NCBI GenBank assembly: GCA_020628855.1
Contig: JAHDEL010000006.1
Location: 5,424-69,423 of the forward strand
DNA length: 64,000 nt
Direction: 5' to 3'
Origin: Saprospiraceae bacterium
GTDB taxonomy: Bacteria; Bacteroidota; Bacteroidia; Chitinophagales; Saprospiraceae
A program made the translations under genes and the position numbers. This document shows, one piece after another, positions 20,113-30,266 of this stretch. The number at the start of each line of letters is the position of its first letter. Position 1 is the first letter of the stretch. The notes under the pieces were generated by a model. That model was not told where the DNA came from and did not search any database. It saw only the letters and a list, made by a program, of their open reading frames with translations.

Positions 20113-21555
20113 ATGGTATACAGAATTCTCTTCATCCTCAGCTTCGTTTTCACAAATACACTTATAGCTCAACAGTTAATTTCGTATGAGAAAATAGACG
20201 CAATTTCAGCAAATGATGCCGCGAGTGATTTTGGCGTTGATTCGGAGTATGATCAAGATATATACAAGGTGCTCTACTATACAGAACATTTGTCAGGAGA
20301 GCAGGATACTGCATCTGGATTAATCTGTGTCCCTCTCGGCTTTGCTCAAGCATTTCCTATAGTTGTATATCAGCACGGCACGGTAGATAATAGAGAAAGT
20401 GTTCCATCGAGAATGTCTGATTTTCAAATAGGCTCTATCTTGGCTTCTTTAGGTTATATCGCAGTGATGCCTGATTATATTGGGCTTGGTGATAGCAAAG
20501 GGTTACATCCTTATATCCACGCAGATAGCGAAAGCTCTGCGGCTGCTGACCTTATCTTAGCAGCAAGAGAAATGCAGTCTGACTTGCAATTTTATGCCAC
20601 AGAACAGCTATTCATTACGGGCTACTCTCAAGGGGGTCATGCATCCGCTGCATTACATAGAGACATTGAGGCGGGTAGATTTGATGGTTTGAATGCTGTG
20701 ACAGCTGCCAGTCATATGTCAGGTCCATATAGCGTTTCAGAAAGAATGCCAGAATTCACCTTAGGAGAGGACAACTACTTTTTCACAGCTTATTTGGCTT
20801 GGGTAACCTTATCCATGAAAGCTGCATATCCAGAGTTATTAGCCGATTATGAAATAGAAGATATCTTTAGGGAAGAATATGTGAATGACATCAGGCGCTT
20901 TGAAAACGAGGAAATAGGGCTTTTCTTTCTGAATGTCCTTTTGGTCGGTATCCTCCAATCCAATAATAATGGTACTATCCAACCAAGAAATATGCTTAAG
21001 CCAGATATCCTTGATGCTTTATTTAATGACCCAGACCATCCTTTGACTCAGGCTTTGGCTGATAATGATCTTCATGACTGGGCACCTGAAGCACCTACTA
21101 GACTTATGTACTGCCAAGGTGATGATCAAGTAACTTTTGAAAATAGTATCTATGCCGAAGAAACAATGCAGGCAAATGGGGCCACAGATGTGCTAGCAGT
21201 AAATCATGGGAATCTTGATCATGGTGGATGTGTCAATCCTGCAACCGAGGCTACTATTGAGTTCTTCAAACAATATCAAGAAGTACAATTTGTATTAGAC
21301 GTGGAAGATGTTGATAGTGATTGCGACGTGCAATGCTTTACATCAGGAAATCAACTCCGCTTGAAAATAGAACAATCTTGCTTTGACAAGAATGCATTCC
21401 AAGTCGTCAATTTACAAGGACAAGTACTTTTGGAAGGTTGGTTGGAGCATAATCAAGAACAATTTGATGTGACTGATTTCTTAGAAGGAATATACTTTTT
21501 CCGAATCTCAGGAGAAGGAGGAAGTATGAGAACATTTAAATTTTTGGTCAATTAG
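20113..21555 (+). CDS. secreted alpha/beta-hydrolase (lipase-like) with T9SS sorting domain
   Basis: Signal peptide; GYSQGGH nucleophile elbow; C-terminal GIYFFRISGEGGSMRTFKFLVN. Confidence 0.65.
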   Translation: MVYRILFILSFVFTNTLIAQQLISYEKIDAISANDAASDFGVDSEYDQDIYKVLYYTEHLSGEQDTASGLICVPLGFAQAFPIVVYQHGTVDNRESVPSRMSDFQIGSILASLGYIAVMPDYIGLGDSKGLHPYIHADSESSAAADLILAAREMQSDLQFYATEQLFITGYSQGGHASAALHRDIEAGRFDGLNAVTAASHMSGPYSVSERMPEFTLGEDNYFFTAYLAWVTLSMKAAYPELLADYEIEDIFREEYVNDIRRFENEEIGLFFLNVLLVGILQSNNNGTIQPRNMLKPDILDALFNDPDHPLTQALADNDLHDWAPEAPTRLMYCQGDDQVTFENSIYAEETMQANGATDVLAVNHGNLDHGGCVNPATEATIEFFKQYQEVQFVLDVEDVDSDCDVQCFTSGNQLRLKIEQSCFDKNAFQVVNLQGQVLLEGWLEHNQEQFDVTDFLEGIYFFRISGEGGSMRTFKFLVN

Positions 21556-21615
21556 ACATACTTCATGTATTGGCTAATGAGTATCATTGCGCCCGAATTA
21601 TAAACGAAAAAACGG

Positions 21616-22038
21616 ATGGCACTTGATTTAGATGATTTTGTTGTAGTAAGCGGTATGGCTGGTGTGCATAAAATAATGACAACCAGGAGTAACGGATTAG
21701 TCGTACAAGAAATAGACTCTGGAAAATCAAAATTTTGCAGTGTAAGAAAGCATCAATTCACACCATTGAGCACAGTGGGAATCTACACCCTCACCGATAC
21801 TATTGAGTTGAGTATAATCTTCGAAAAAATGTTGGAGCATTATACTGATAAGCCACCAGTTGCGACGAATGCACCTAAGCATGAAATTGAAGAGTATTTT
21901 GAATTTTTGGTGCCAGAGTACGATGAAGACAAAGTCTATGTCAGCGACATGAAGAAGGTCATCAAGTGGTTCAATTTCCTTAAAGAAAGAGATTTATTTG
22001 TAGAAAAAACAGAAGATCAAAAGTCTAAAGAGAGTTGA
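21616..22038 (+). CDS. conserved hypothetical protein (DUF5606-like)
   Basis: 140 aa. The N-terminal VVSGMAGVHKI pattern resembles a small Bacteroidota family of unknown function. Confidence 0.45.
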   Translation: MALDLDDFVVVSGMAGVHKIMTTRSNGLVVQEIDSGKSKFCSVRKHQFTPLSTVGIYTLTDTIELSIIFEKMLEHYTDKPPVATNAPKHEIEEYFEFLVPEYDEDKVYVSDMKKVIKWFNFLKERDLFVEKTEDQKSKES

Positions 22039-22658
22039 TTATTGTCGACTCCTTTTAATAGCTGAAAACTCATGCGGTGATATTTCGTGATGCCGCATGA
22101 AGCAATTGCTTTTCTGTGAGACGCTGTTGGATAGCCTTTATTTGTTATCCATTGATATTCAGGATGAGTTTTTGCAATCTTCTTCATGTAAAGATCTCTG
22201 CTCACTTTTGCTAAAATAGAAGCGGCTGCAATAGACAGATATTTACTGTCCCCTTTTACCACTGTTTGATATGGTATTTGTTTGTAAGGCAAAAAATAAT
22301 TGCCATCCACTAGTACATGTTCAGGTTCAATAGAGAGTTTCTTTAATGCTCGATGCATGGCTTTGATCGAGCTTTGTAAGATATTCCACTTATCAATTTC
22401 TAATGGGCTGCAAGAAGCGATTCCATAAGCAAGAGCATCTTTCTTAATGCATGCACAGAGTGCTTCCCTGTCAACTTCATTGAGCAATTTGGAGTCTTGA
22501 ATCGCAGGGTTTTTATACGATCTATCAAAGATGACTGCTGCAGCAAAAACGGGACCAGCAAGACACCCTCTTCCAGCTTCATCGCATCCAGCTTCATATC
22601 TCTTTCCAGATAAAGAACTTGCGAGTATATGGTGAACCTTACTGTTGGGTGAAGGCAT
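22017..22658 (-). CDS. rnhB: ribonuclease HII
   Basis: GCDEAGRGCLAGPV catalytic motif, DSK and SIAAASILAK. Confidence 0.93.
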   Translation of the reverse strand: MPSPNSKVHHILASSLSGKRYEAGCDEAGRGCLAGPVFAAAVIFDRSYKNPAIQDSKLLNEVDREALCACIKKDALAYGIASCSPLEIDKWNILQSSIKAMHRALKKLSIEPEHVLVDGNYFLPYKQIPYQTVVKGDSKYLSIAAASILAKVSRDLYMKKIAKTHPEYQWITNKGYPTASHRKAIASCGITKYHRMSFQLLKGVDNNQLSLDF

Positions 22659-23301
22659 ATTGAATAAGGTTAGCTCCCATCTTCAACGCAGCTTGCCTAA
22701 TTTCTGGTGGATCTTTGTGGACAGCACGATCTTCCCAACCATCACCAAGATCACATTCATAGGTGTAAAAACACACTAATCTTCCTTCATGAATTAATCC
22801 AAAGCCTTGAGGAGGCTTGTCATCATGTTTGTGAATTTTTGGCAATCCACTTTTAAAAACAAAGAATTGATCATAGATTTCATGGCTGAAGGGTAGCTCA
22901 ACAAAATCCAATTCTGGAAATACTTTTTTCATGCTTGGTCTAACAAATGGATCAAGACCATAATTATCGTCAATATGGAGAAAGCCACCAGCAAGTAAGT
23001 AGTTCCTCAAGTTTTCAGCTTCAGCATCATTGAATATTACATTGCCATGACCAGTCATATGCACAAAGCTATAATTGAATAAGTCAAAGCTACCTACCTC
23101 TACAGTAGGGTAGTCGGGGTCAATGTTGGTTCCCAAGTTATCATTGCAGAAATGAGCCAGGTTCTTCAGAGAGGTTGGGTTAGCATACCAATCACCACCA
23201 CCATTATACTTTAACAAAGCAATCTGTGTGCTATATGGCTCAGAGAAGTTAAGTGATGTAAATAAAATAATTGAGAGGGTAATGAGAGATCTCATGAACA
23301 C
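22639..23301 (-). CDS. DUF4159 domain protein
   Basis: Signal peptide; LLKYNGGGDWYANPTS, HMTGHGN and GGFLHIDDNYG. Confidence 0.7.
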   Translation of the reverse strand: MFMRSLITLSIILFTSLNFSEPYSTQIALLKYNGGGDWYANPTSLKNLAHFCNDNLGTNIDPDYPTVEVGSFDLFNYSFVHMTGHGNVIFNDAEAENLRNYLLAGGFLHIDDNYGLDPFVRPSMKKVFPELDFVELPFSHEIYDQFFVFKSGLPKIHKHDDKPPQGFGLIHEGRLVCFYTYECDLGDGWEDRAVHKDPPEIRQAALKMGANLIQYAFTQQ

Positions 23302-23414
23302 TAAATGTTGATTTCTGACAATAAAAATACGATTTCAAAGATAGGTAAAGAACGTCTGAATAGCTCTTGAAGTATGAAATTCAAAATCTCTGTGTTTTGC
23401 AATGGCAGTTGATG

Positions 23415-23422
23415 TATCTTTG
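23415..23422 (+). promoter_or_regulatory. Bacteroidota-type -7 box upstream of ahcY
   Basis: TATCTTTG, ending 25 nt upstream of ATG 23447. A TTTG lies at 23396-23399. Confidence 0.35.
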
Positions 23423-23446
23423 CGCCAAATTTCAAGAATTTAAAGT

Positions 23447-24760
23447 ATGATTACAGACAAAAAAGTTTTGCCTTATAAAGTCAAAGACATCGCCCTTGCA
23501 GATTGGGGAAGAAAAGAAATAGAGCTTGCTGAAGCTGAAATGCCTGGTCTTATGGCATTGAGAGAAGAGTATGGAGATAGTAAGCCGCTCAAAGGAGCAA
23601 GGATTGCAGGATGCTTGCATATGACTATTCAGACTGCTGTATTAATCGAGACACTTGTTGAGTTAGGAGCTGATGTTACATGGTCTTCATGTAATATTTT
23701 CTCTACACAAGATCACGCAGCAGCGGCAATCGCAGCAGCAGGTGTACCTGTCTATGCATGGAAAGGTATGAATGAAGAAGAATTCGATTGGTGTATTGAG
23801 CAGACATTATTTGCTTTCGAAGATGGCCAACCGCTGAATATGATTCTTGATGATGGAGGTGATCTTACCAATATGGTATTAGATCGATATCCCGAATTAG
23901 TTGAAGGTATCAAGGGTATCAGTGAAGAGACGACAACAGGAGTTCATAGGTTGTATGAAAGACAGATAAATGGAACATTGCCTTTACCTGCAATCAATAT
24001 TAATGACTCAGTAACCAAGTCAAAGTTTGACAACAAATATGGATGTAAAGAGTCATGTGTAGATGCGATCAGAAGAGCAACAGATGTTATGATGGCCGGA
24101 AAAGTGGCTGTTGTTGCAGGATATGGTGACGTAGGAAAGGGTAGCGCAGCTTCATTAAGAGGAGCAGGTTGTCGTGTAATAGTTACTGAGATTGATCCAA
24201 TTTGTGCTTTACAAGCTGCAATGGATGGATTTGCTGTGAAGAAGATGACAACAGCATTAAAAGATGCTAATATTGTTGTAACTGCAACTGGTAATAAAGA
24301 TATTATCAGAGGTGAGCACTTCAAGATGATGAATGATAAGACTATCGTCTGTAACATTGGGCACTTTGATAATGAGATTGATATGGCATGGCTTAATGAG
24401 ACTTCTGGTGCTCAAAAGATGGAAATCAAGCCACAAGTTGATAAGTATACCTTGGATGGTAAAGACATTATTGTATTAGCAGAAGGAAGGTTAGTTAACC
24501 TTGGATGTGCTACAGGTCACCCATCATTTGTGATGTCTAACTCATTCACAAATCAAACACTTGCTCAGCTTGAGCTATGGCAAAACAGTGGAAAGTATAA
24601 TAACGAAGTCTATATGCTCCCTAAGCAATTAGACGAGAAAGTTGCTAGGCTTCACCTTGCAAAGATCGGAGTTGAATTAGAAGAGATGAGCAAAGACCAA
24701 GCTGATTATATCAATGTTCCACTGGAGGGACCTTATAAGCCAGAATACTATAGATATTAA
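23447..24760 (+). CDS. ahcY: adenosylhomocysteinase
   Basis: [27 protein letters not shown]-terminus, NAD site [15 protein letters not shown]. Confidence 0.97.
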   Translation: MITDKKVLPYKVKDIALADWGRKEIELAEAEMPGLMALREEYGDSKPLKGARIAGCLHMTIQTAVLIETLVELGADVTWSSCNIFSTQDHAAAAIAAAGVPVYAWKGMNEEEFDWCIEQTLFAFEDGQPLNMILDDGGDLTNMVLDRYPELVEGIKGISEETTTGVHRLYERQINGTLPLPAININDSVTKSKFDNKYGCKESCVDAIRRATDVMMAGKVAVVAGYGDVGKGSAASLRGAGCRVIVTEIDPICALQAAMDGFAVKKMTTALKDANIVVTATGNKDIIRGEHFKMMNDKTIVCNIGHFDNEIDMAWLNETSGAQKMEIKPQVDKYTLDGKDIIVLAEGRLVNLGCATGHPSFVMSNSFTNQTLAQLELWQNSGKYNNEVYMLPKQLDEKVARLHLAKIGVELEEMSKDQADYINVPLEGPYKPEYYRY

Positions 24761-24789
24761 TATCTAAATAAAGACTATCAAACCTTTAG

Positions 24790-24819
24790 CCAGACTCGCA
24801 TAGAGTCTGGTTTTTTTTT
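24790..24819 (+). terminator. intrinsic terminator after ahcY
   Basis: CCAGACTC gcata GAGTCTGG followed by T9. Confidence 0.85.
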
Positions 24820-24922
24820 GTTAAAACTGTAGCGCTCGCGGAAATAATTGAATTATAACAATGAGTAAAGCAGCAAATCACCTGTGAGCTGTATATTACT
24901 ACTATTGAATCAAATCTAAATC

Positions 24923-26686
24923 ATGAAAAAACTAATTAAACTATCCTTTCTATTCGTCTTTGGAATCACTTTGTTTGTAGCCTGTAACAAAGATGAACCG
25001 ACCCCAACTGAGAATAATGGAACTATTACTATTGATCCTCCGCTACAATCTGTATTGGCAAATGTCTATGGTAAAGTTGTTGATGAAAATGATGAGACTG
25101 TTTCTGATATAGAAATTGTTTTAGGAACAAGAACAGCAAATACTGATGAAAACGGCTATTTCAGATTTAATAGCGTCCCAATGAATGGTTATGGACAAGT
25201 CATTACTGTTGATCAGACAGGCTACTACAAAGCCATCAAAATGATTGAGACTGAGACAGATGGAAACGCCTATGTTGAGTTTAAGTTAATGAAGAAAAAT
25301 TTGGTCAAGACAGTAATGTCAGACCAAGAGAGTGAGATTAGTGTAGAAGGTGAGAGCAAACTCATGCTTCCTGCAAATGCTTTTCAAGATAGCAATGGTA
25401 ATGCTTATACTGGTGAAGTTAATGTCTACAGTACATGGATGGACCCTACTTCAACGAATACAATGCGAGTTATGCCAGGTGACCTACGTGCTGTGGATGG
25501 ATCTAGCGATATTGTTCAATTGGCAACATATGGTATGTTGGCAGTAGAGTTAGAGTCTCCGACAGGTGAGGAATTGAACCTTGCAGATGGTTCTGAAGCG
25601 GAGCTTACTTTTGACGTTCCTGCAGAATTAGAAGATAATGCGCCGGAAACAATACCAATGTGGTACTTCGATGAAGCTTCAGGGTATTGGGTTGAAGAAG
25701 GAGAAGCTACATTAGTTGATGGTGTCTATGTTGGGAATGTTACTCACTTTTCATTTTGGAATTGTGATGCGCCTTTTCCATTAGTAAATATGACAGGACA
25801 AATTATCGACACTAGGAATATAGGTTTAGCAAATATGTTAGTTGAGATTACATTTCCTGGAAGTGCATCGGTTGGAACTGGTTGGACTGATTCTGACGGA
25901 TTTTACTATGGGAAGATTCCAGCTAATGAAGTATTAACTATAAAGATATATGACGCATGTGGTGAGTTAATTTTTGAAGATCAAATTGGTCCTTATGCAA
26001 CTGATGTTACAATTCAGCCAATTGTCGTACAAGACAACACTAACAATATTCTATTCGAAGGAACTGTAGCAGATTGTGATGGCAACCCAGTTTCTAATGG
26101 TTATGTATTGATTAATGGCGAAGGTGTTGGCCAATCCCTCTTTGTTGAGGCAGATGGTACATTCTCAGGAATTGTAAATGTCTGCGGTTTGACTGAAGTT
26201 AGCGTTAAAGGTGTTGACTTAGATAACAATTTGCAAAGTCAACCTGAAGTGTATCCGATAACTACTAACGAAGTTCAAGTTGGTGTTATCAGTACATGTG
26301 ATGAACTTGATCAATACTTCTATTTTAATATCGATGGACAACTGACTGCAATGAATGAAGCTTACGCACAGCTTTCTGTTGATTCATTAGGTCAAGACTA
26401 TTATTATCTTTCTGGTTCCCTAGAAACAGTCCAAGGTTTCCCAACTATTGGTATTGTTGTAGATAATGGTCCTGGAGATTATAACCCTGATTATGTTCTC
26501 CTCTTTACTGAGGGTGACGAAGTCTATGTCTGTTCTGGTGGCTGTGATGATTTTGTTGTGTCATTTTCAGCAATTGGACCGAATGATGGGGATCTTGTTA
26601 AATGTACCTTCAGTGGTCTGTTAGAACTTGGAAATGGTACACCAGCTGTCCAAGTCGACGGCGCTTTCAAATCGAATCTACAATAG
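24923..26686 (+). CDS. lipoprotein with carboxypeptidase-regulatory-like beta-sandwich domains
   Basis: Lipobox FVACN; GKVVDENDETVSDIEIVLG...TDENGYFRF pattern, repeated later (GQIIDTRNIGLANMLVEI...TDSDGFYYG). Confidence 0.55.
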   Translation: MKKLIKLSFLFVFGITLFVACNKDEPTPTENNGTITIDPPLQSVLANVYGKVVDENDETVSDIEIVLGTRTANTDENGYFRFNSVPMNGYGQVITVDQTGYYKAIKMIETETDGNAYVEFKLMKKNLVKTVMSDQESEISVEGESKLMLPANAFQDSNGNAYTGEVNVYSTWMDPTSTNTMRVMPGDLRAVDGSSDIVQLATYGMLAVELESPTGEELNLADGSEAELTFDVPAELEDNAPETIPMWYFDEASGYWVEEGEATLVDGVYVGNVTHFSFWNCDAPFPLVNMTGQIIDTRNIGLANMLVEITFPGSASVGTGWTDSDGFYYGKIPANEVLTIKIYDACGELIFEDQIGPYATDVTIQPIVVQDNTNNILFEGTVADCDGNPVSNGYVLINGEGVGQSLFVEADGTFSGIVNVCGLTEVSVKGVDLDNNLQSQPEVYPITTNEVQVGVISTCDELDQYFYFNIDGQLTAMNEAYAQLSVDSLGQDYYYLSGSLETVQGFPTIGIVVDNGPGDYNPDYVLLFTEGDEVYVCSGGCDDFVVSFSAIGPNDGDLVKCTFSGLLELGNGTPAVQVDGAFKSNLQ

Positions 26687-26710
26687 GTTTATTATTAATA
26701 TCAATGAAAA

Positions 26711-26741
26711 GGGGCTGCAGTATTACTGCGCCCCTTTTTTT
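26711..26741 (+). terminator. intrinsic terminator after the lipoprotein gene
   Basis: GGGGCTGCAG / CTGCGCCCC stem (one bulge) followed by T7. Confidence 0.75.
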
Positions 26742-26789
26742 GTTATTGCAAATTGTTTTCTACTCCTTCTTCTCTGATATAGGATATCT

Positions 26790-28295
26790 TTGCTATGCAT
26801 GTCTCTAAAAACTTCAGCTCTGTCTCTCTTTGGTAAAAGTATTACTAGGAAAATCAGAAGTGATGCAGCACGAGCTGTCGTTCACCAAGAAAGAACTTTG
26901 AAGTATCTGGTAGGTCGTGCAAGAAATACTTCCTTCGGCAAAGACCACAATTTTGCTGCAATCAAGACATCAAAGGATTTTTGTGCCAATGTTCCTCTCC
27001 GAGACTATGAAGGATTGCGAAGTTATATTGAACAAATATTGAAGGGTAAGCAAAATGTACTTTGGCCAGGTATGCCTAAATATTTTGCGAAAACATCAGG
27101 AACTACCTCAGGAGTCAAGTACATTCCAATCAGTAAAGAGAGTATGCCTTTTCATATTCAAACTGCAAGAAATGCTACGTTCAATATGTGTCAACAGCTC
27201 AACGCATTTGACACTTTTGATGGTAAGGTGATTTTTCTGAGTGGTTCGCCTGTCCTATCAACCCCAGACTGTGGAGTCAAGACAGGGCGATTGTCAGGTA
27301 TTGTAAATCACGAGGTCCCTAATTGGATAACAAAGAATCAACTTCCATCTTATCAAACGAACTGCATTGAGGATTGGGAAATGAAGCTGGAGGCTATTGT
27401 GGAAGAAACCTCTAAGCAAGACATGCGGCTAATTTCTGGAATTCCACCATGGGTGCAAATGTACTTTGAAAGGTTGTTGGAGAAGAATAAGGTAGATACC
27501 ATCAAAGCACTGTTTCCCAACTTCAGGTTATTTGTCTATGGTGGAGTCAATTATGCCCCATACCGCCAGTCATTAGAAGCTCTCATGGGTGAAAGTGTGC
27601 CATCTCTAGAAACTTATCCGGCTTCAGAGGGCTTTATCGCTTTCCAGGATAAACACGGTGACGCAGGTCTCTTACTTAATACTAATGCAGGAATCTATTA
27701 CGAATTTGTACCACTGCATGATATTAACTCTGAAGAGCCAGAGCGGCTCACACTCTCTGAGGTTGAACTAGATAAAGATTATGCAGTTCTATTGAGCACA
27801 AATGCTGGTCTCTGGGCTTATAGTATTGGTGATACTATCAGGTTCGTATCTAAAGACCCTTATCGTATTATTGTTTCAGGTAGGATAAAACATTTCATTT
27901 CTGCTTTTGGAGAACATGTTATTGGCAAAGAAGTCGAACGAGCAATGGTGAAGACCTGCGAAAAGCATGGTTGTAATGTTGTCGAGTTTACTGTAGCACC
28001 CCAAGTTAATCCGGAAGAAGGCCTTCCTTTTCATCAATGGTTTGTTGAATGGGAGCAACCTCCTCTAAAGATGACAGAGTTCTCTAATGACTTGGATCAC
28101 GCACTTCGCCAACAGAATATTTATTATGACGATCTGATTAAAGGGGCAGTCTTGAGACCTCTAATATTGACAACAGTACCAAGAAATGCTTTTCGGAACT
28201 ATATGGAGTCTCAAGGTAAACTAGGTGGTCAAAACAAGGTCCCTAGATTGGCAAATGATAGACAGATTGTAGATCAATTAGAAACTATCAAATAG
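26790..28295 (+). CDS. GH3 auxin-responsive promoter family (acyl-adenylate forming) protein
   Basis: FAKTSGTTSGVKYIP motif and about 500 aa length typical of bacterial GH3 homologs. Confidence 0.85.
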   Translation: MLCMSLKTSALSLFGKSITRKIRSDAARAVVHQERTLKYLVGRARNTSFGKDHNFAAIKTSKDFCANVPLRDYEGLRSYIEQILKGKQNVLWPGMPKYFAKTSGTTSGVKYIPISKESMPFHIQTARNATFNMCQQLNAFDTFDGKVIFLSGSPVLSTPDCGVKTGRLSGIVNHEVPNWITKNQLPSYQTNCIEDWEMKLEAIVEETSKQDMRLISGIPPWVQMYFERLLEKNKVDTIKALFPNFRLFVYGGVNYAPYRQSLEALMGESVPSLETYPASEGFIAFQDKHGDAGLLLNTNAGIYYEFVPLHDINSEEPERLTLSEVELDKDYAVLLSTNAGLWAYSIGDTIRFVSKDPYRIIVSGRIKHFISAFGEHVIGKEVERAMVKTCEKHGCNVVEFTVAPQVNPEEGLPFHQWFVEWEQPPLKMTEFSNDLDHALRQQNIYYDDLIKGAVLRPLILTTVPRNAFRNYMESQGKLGGQNKVPRLANDRQIVDQLETIK

Positions 28296-28306
28296 ATTTC
28301 ATAAAG

Positions 28307-30043
28307 TTATATCTCTCCAGCTACAGACTCATTTACATTTACAATGTGGTCACCCACTCGCTCTAATGAAGAAAAGAGATTGGTAAAAACAAGTGCAGAA
28401 TTGGTATTATAGTCATCATTACCAAGATTCTCTTGATTGTATTGCCTCATCGTATTCCTCTGAGCATTAGTCTCATCCTCAAGTCTGTAGCAGGCTTCGA
28501 GCGAAGCATCTTCATAATTAGTAAGATTAAGATTTCGGTTCATCTCATCAAATGCTCTTCCAACAATTTCAATCAAGATATTGAGCTCGTCCCTTTGTCT
28601 AGGTGTAAACCAAATTTTCCTATCCATTTTGCCTTCCATTGCCTTGGAAAGTTGATAAAAGATATCACCGATACGTTCCATGTCATTGCAGATATTGAAG
28701 TAGCTCCTGAGCCTGACACTTGTACTATGTGTCATTTCTTTATCTGATAAGTTGGTGATGTATTGTGTGATGTCCTTTTCGAATTTGTCAGTGATGTCTT
28801 CGTACTTTTTTATCTTCTTAATTAACCGGAGTGCCTCTTCTTCATCTTTAGTATTGATTAGATCTTTACTAAAGTTGAGCATTCTGGAGGTGATTTCTCC
28901 ATATCTTGCAACTTCCTTTTGAAGCTCTACAATGGCTAATTCAGGAGTTCTATTATTCGAGTCAATGAATTGTAAGGTATTCAGATTTTCTTCTTCAGGA
29001 TCACCTTCATATTTGACAATGCGCGTTGTCAGCTTCGCCAAAAATGGTACAAAACCAAATAGCAGCAACAAGTTGGTAATATTAAAGCAAGTATGAAAAG
29101 CTGCTAACACAGTGGTGAGAGACTGATTGTATTGTTCCTCTCGACCATCGGCTAGTTGCGAAGGATCAAGAAAATTGAAAGGAAAAACGCTATTAATTGT
29201 TTCTAATAACCAAATGACACCTTGGATAAACACGGGCATCAGTATAATCATCCAGACAACTCCAAAAACATTGAACAAGGTATGAAACCAGGCTGCACGT
29301 TTGGCATTAACATTACCAATAAGCGATGCAAATTGAGCTGTAATTGTTGTACCTATGTTTTCCCCAAGAATCATTGCAGCAGCGACATCCAATGGAAGCC
29401 AACCACTGAATACCATAGTCAAAGTAATAGCCATAGCTGCTGATGATGACTGGACGATAACAGTTAATACTGTACCCACAAAGACAAAGAAGACTCTGCT
29501 AAAGAATCCCCAACTAGCAAAATTGTTGAGCCACTCAAGAACACCTGGATTAGATTTAATATCTGGAACTGCACCTTTGAGAAAACTCAGACCAAGGAAG
29601 AGTATAGCAAAGCCAATAATAAATTCTCCCCAATGTTTTAATTTATCCCTATTACTTAAGAGCATAGGAAGTCCAATCGCAAACAGAGGCACACTCAATG
29701 TATCAAGCTTCATCTTAAAGCCAAGGATACTGATTATCCAGCCTGTTATTGTAGTTCCTACATTGGCTCCCATCATAATCCCTGCTGCTTCTATCAGGGT
29801 CAAAAGACCTGCATTTACAAAGGAAACTGTCATTACAGTTGTAGCACTCGAGGATTGTACAAGGGTAGTTGTCAAGAAGCCAGTAAAGACCCCAAGTACC
29901 CTGTTTTTTGTCATGTTTCTGAGGATATTTCGTAATTGTGAACCGGCTGCACGCTGGATGCCGTCACTCATGAGTTTCATCCCATAGATAAAAAAGCAGA
30001 GAGCACCTAGTATCTGTATGATATCAACAAATCCGAAATCCAT
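28307..30043 (-). CDS. Na/Pi cotransporter family protein with PhoU-like C-terminal domain
   Basis: Duplicated QSSSATT / QSSSAAM transporter repeats and a helical C-terminal half ending SLERVGDHIVN. Confidence 0.9.
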   Translation of the reverse strand: MDFGFVDIIQILGALCFFIYGMKLMSDGIQRAAGSQLRNILRNMTKNRVLGVFTGFLTTTLVQSSSATTVMTVSFVNAGLLTLIEAAGIMMGANVGTTITGWIISILGFKMKLDTLSVPLFAIGLPMLLSNRDKLKHWGEFIIGFAILFLGLSFLKGAVPDIKSNPGVLEWLNNFASWGFFSRVFFVFVGTVLTVIVQSSSAAMAITLTMVFSGWLPLDVAAAMILGENIGTTITAQFASLIGNVNAKRAAWFHTLFNVFGVVWMIILMPVFIQGVIWLLETINSVFPFNFLDPSQLADGREEQYNQSLTTVLAAFHTCFNITNLLLLFGFVPFLAKLTTRIVKYEGDPEEENLNTLQFIDSNNRTPELAIVELQKEVARYGEITSRMLNFSKDLINTKDEEEALRLIKKIKKYEDITDKFEKDITQYITNLSDKEMTHSTSVRLRSYFNICNDMERIGDIFYQLSKAMEGKMDRKIWFTPRQRDELNILIEIVGRAFDEMNRNLNLTNYEDASLEACYRLEDETNAQRNTMRQYNQENLGNDDYNTNSALVFTNLFSSLERVGDHIVNVNESVAGEI

Positions 30044-30201
30044 CGAAAGATATTTTGAGGAGGTATAAATGTATGGAGAATAGTAGAACCTTTATCAGAT
30101 TCAGCCGAGATAAAATCCAATGTTAATCCTATGTAAACAAAAGTGACTTGTCAGTAACATAACAATAATATATCCTTAAAATTCAACATATAATGTCAGA
30201 T

Positions 30202-30209
30202 TAGCTTTG
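30202..30209 (+). promoter_or_regulatory. Bacteroidota-type -7 box upstream of the lipoprotein/TonB receptor pair
   Basis: TAGCTTTG, ending 58 nt upstream of ATG 30267. Confidence 0.3.
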
Positions 30210-30266
30210 TAGCAAAATTGGAAAAATTGCATCACAACATTTTTATTATTTGAAATCAAAATTAAA

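Noticed and set aside
23302-23446. Possible riboswitch (SAH/SAM type) upstream of ahcY
   Set aside because: Only 145 bp are available, with a -7 box 25 nt from the ATG. That leaves a leader too short for an aptamer, and I see no conserved stems.
29222-29987. ORFs of 210 aa and 73 aa antisense to the Na/Pi cotransporter gene
   Set aside because: They are antisense shadows of a well-supported transporter ORF, with no independent signals.
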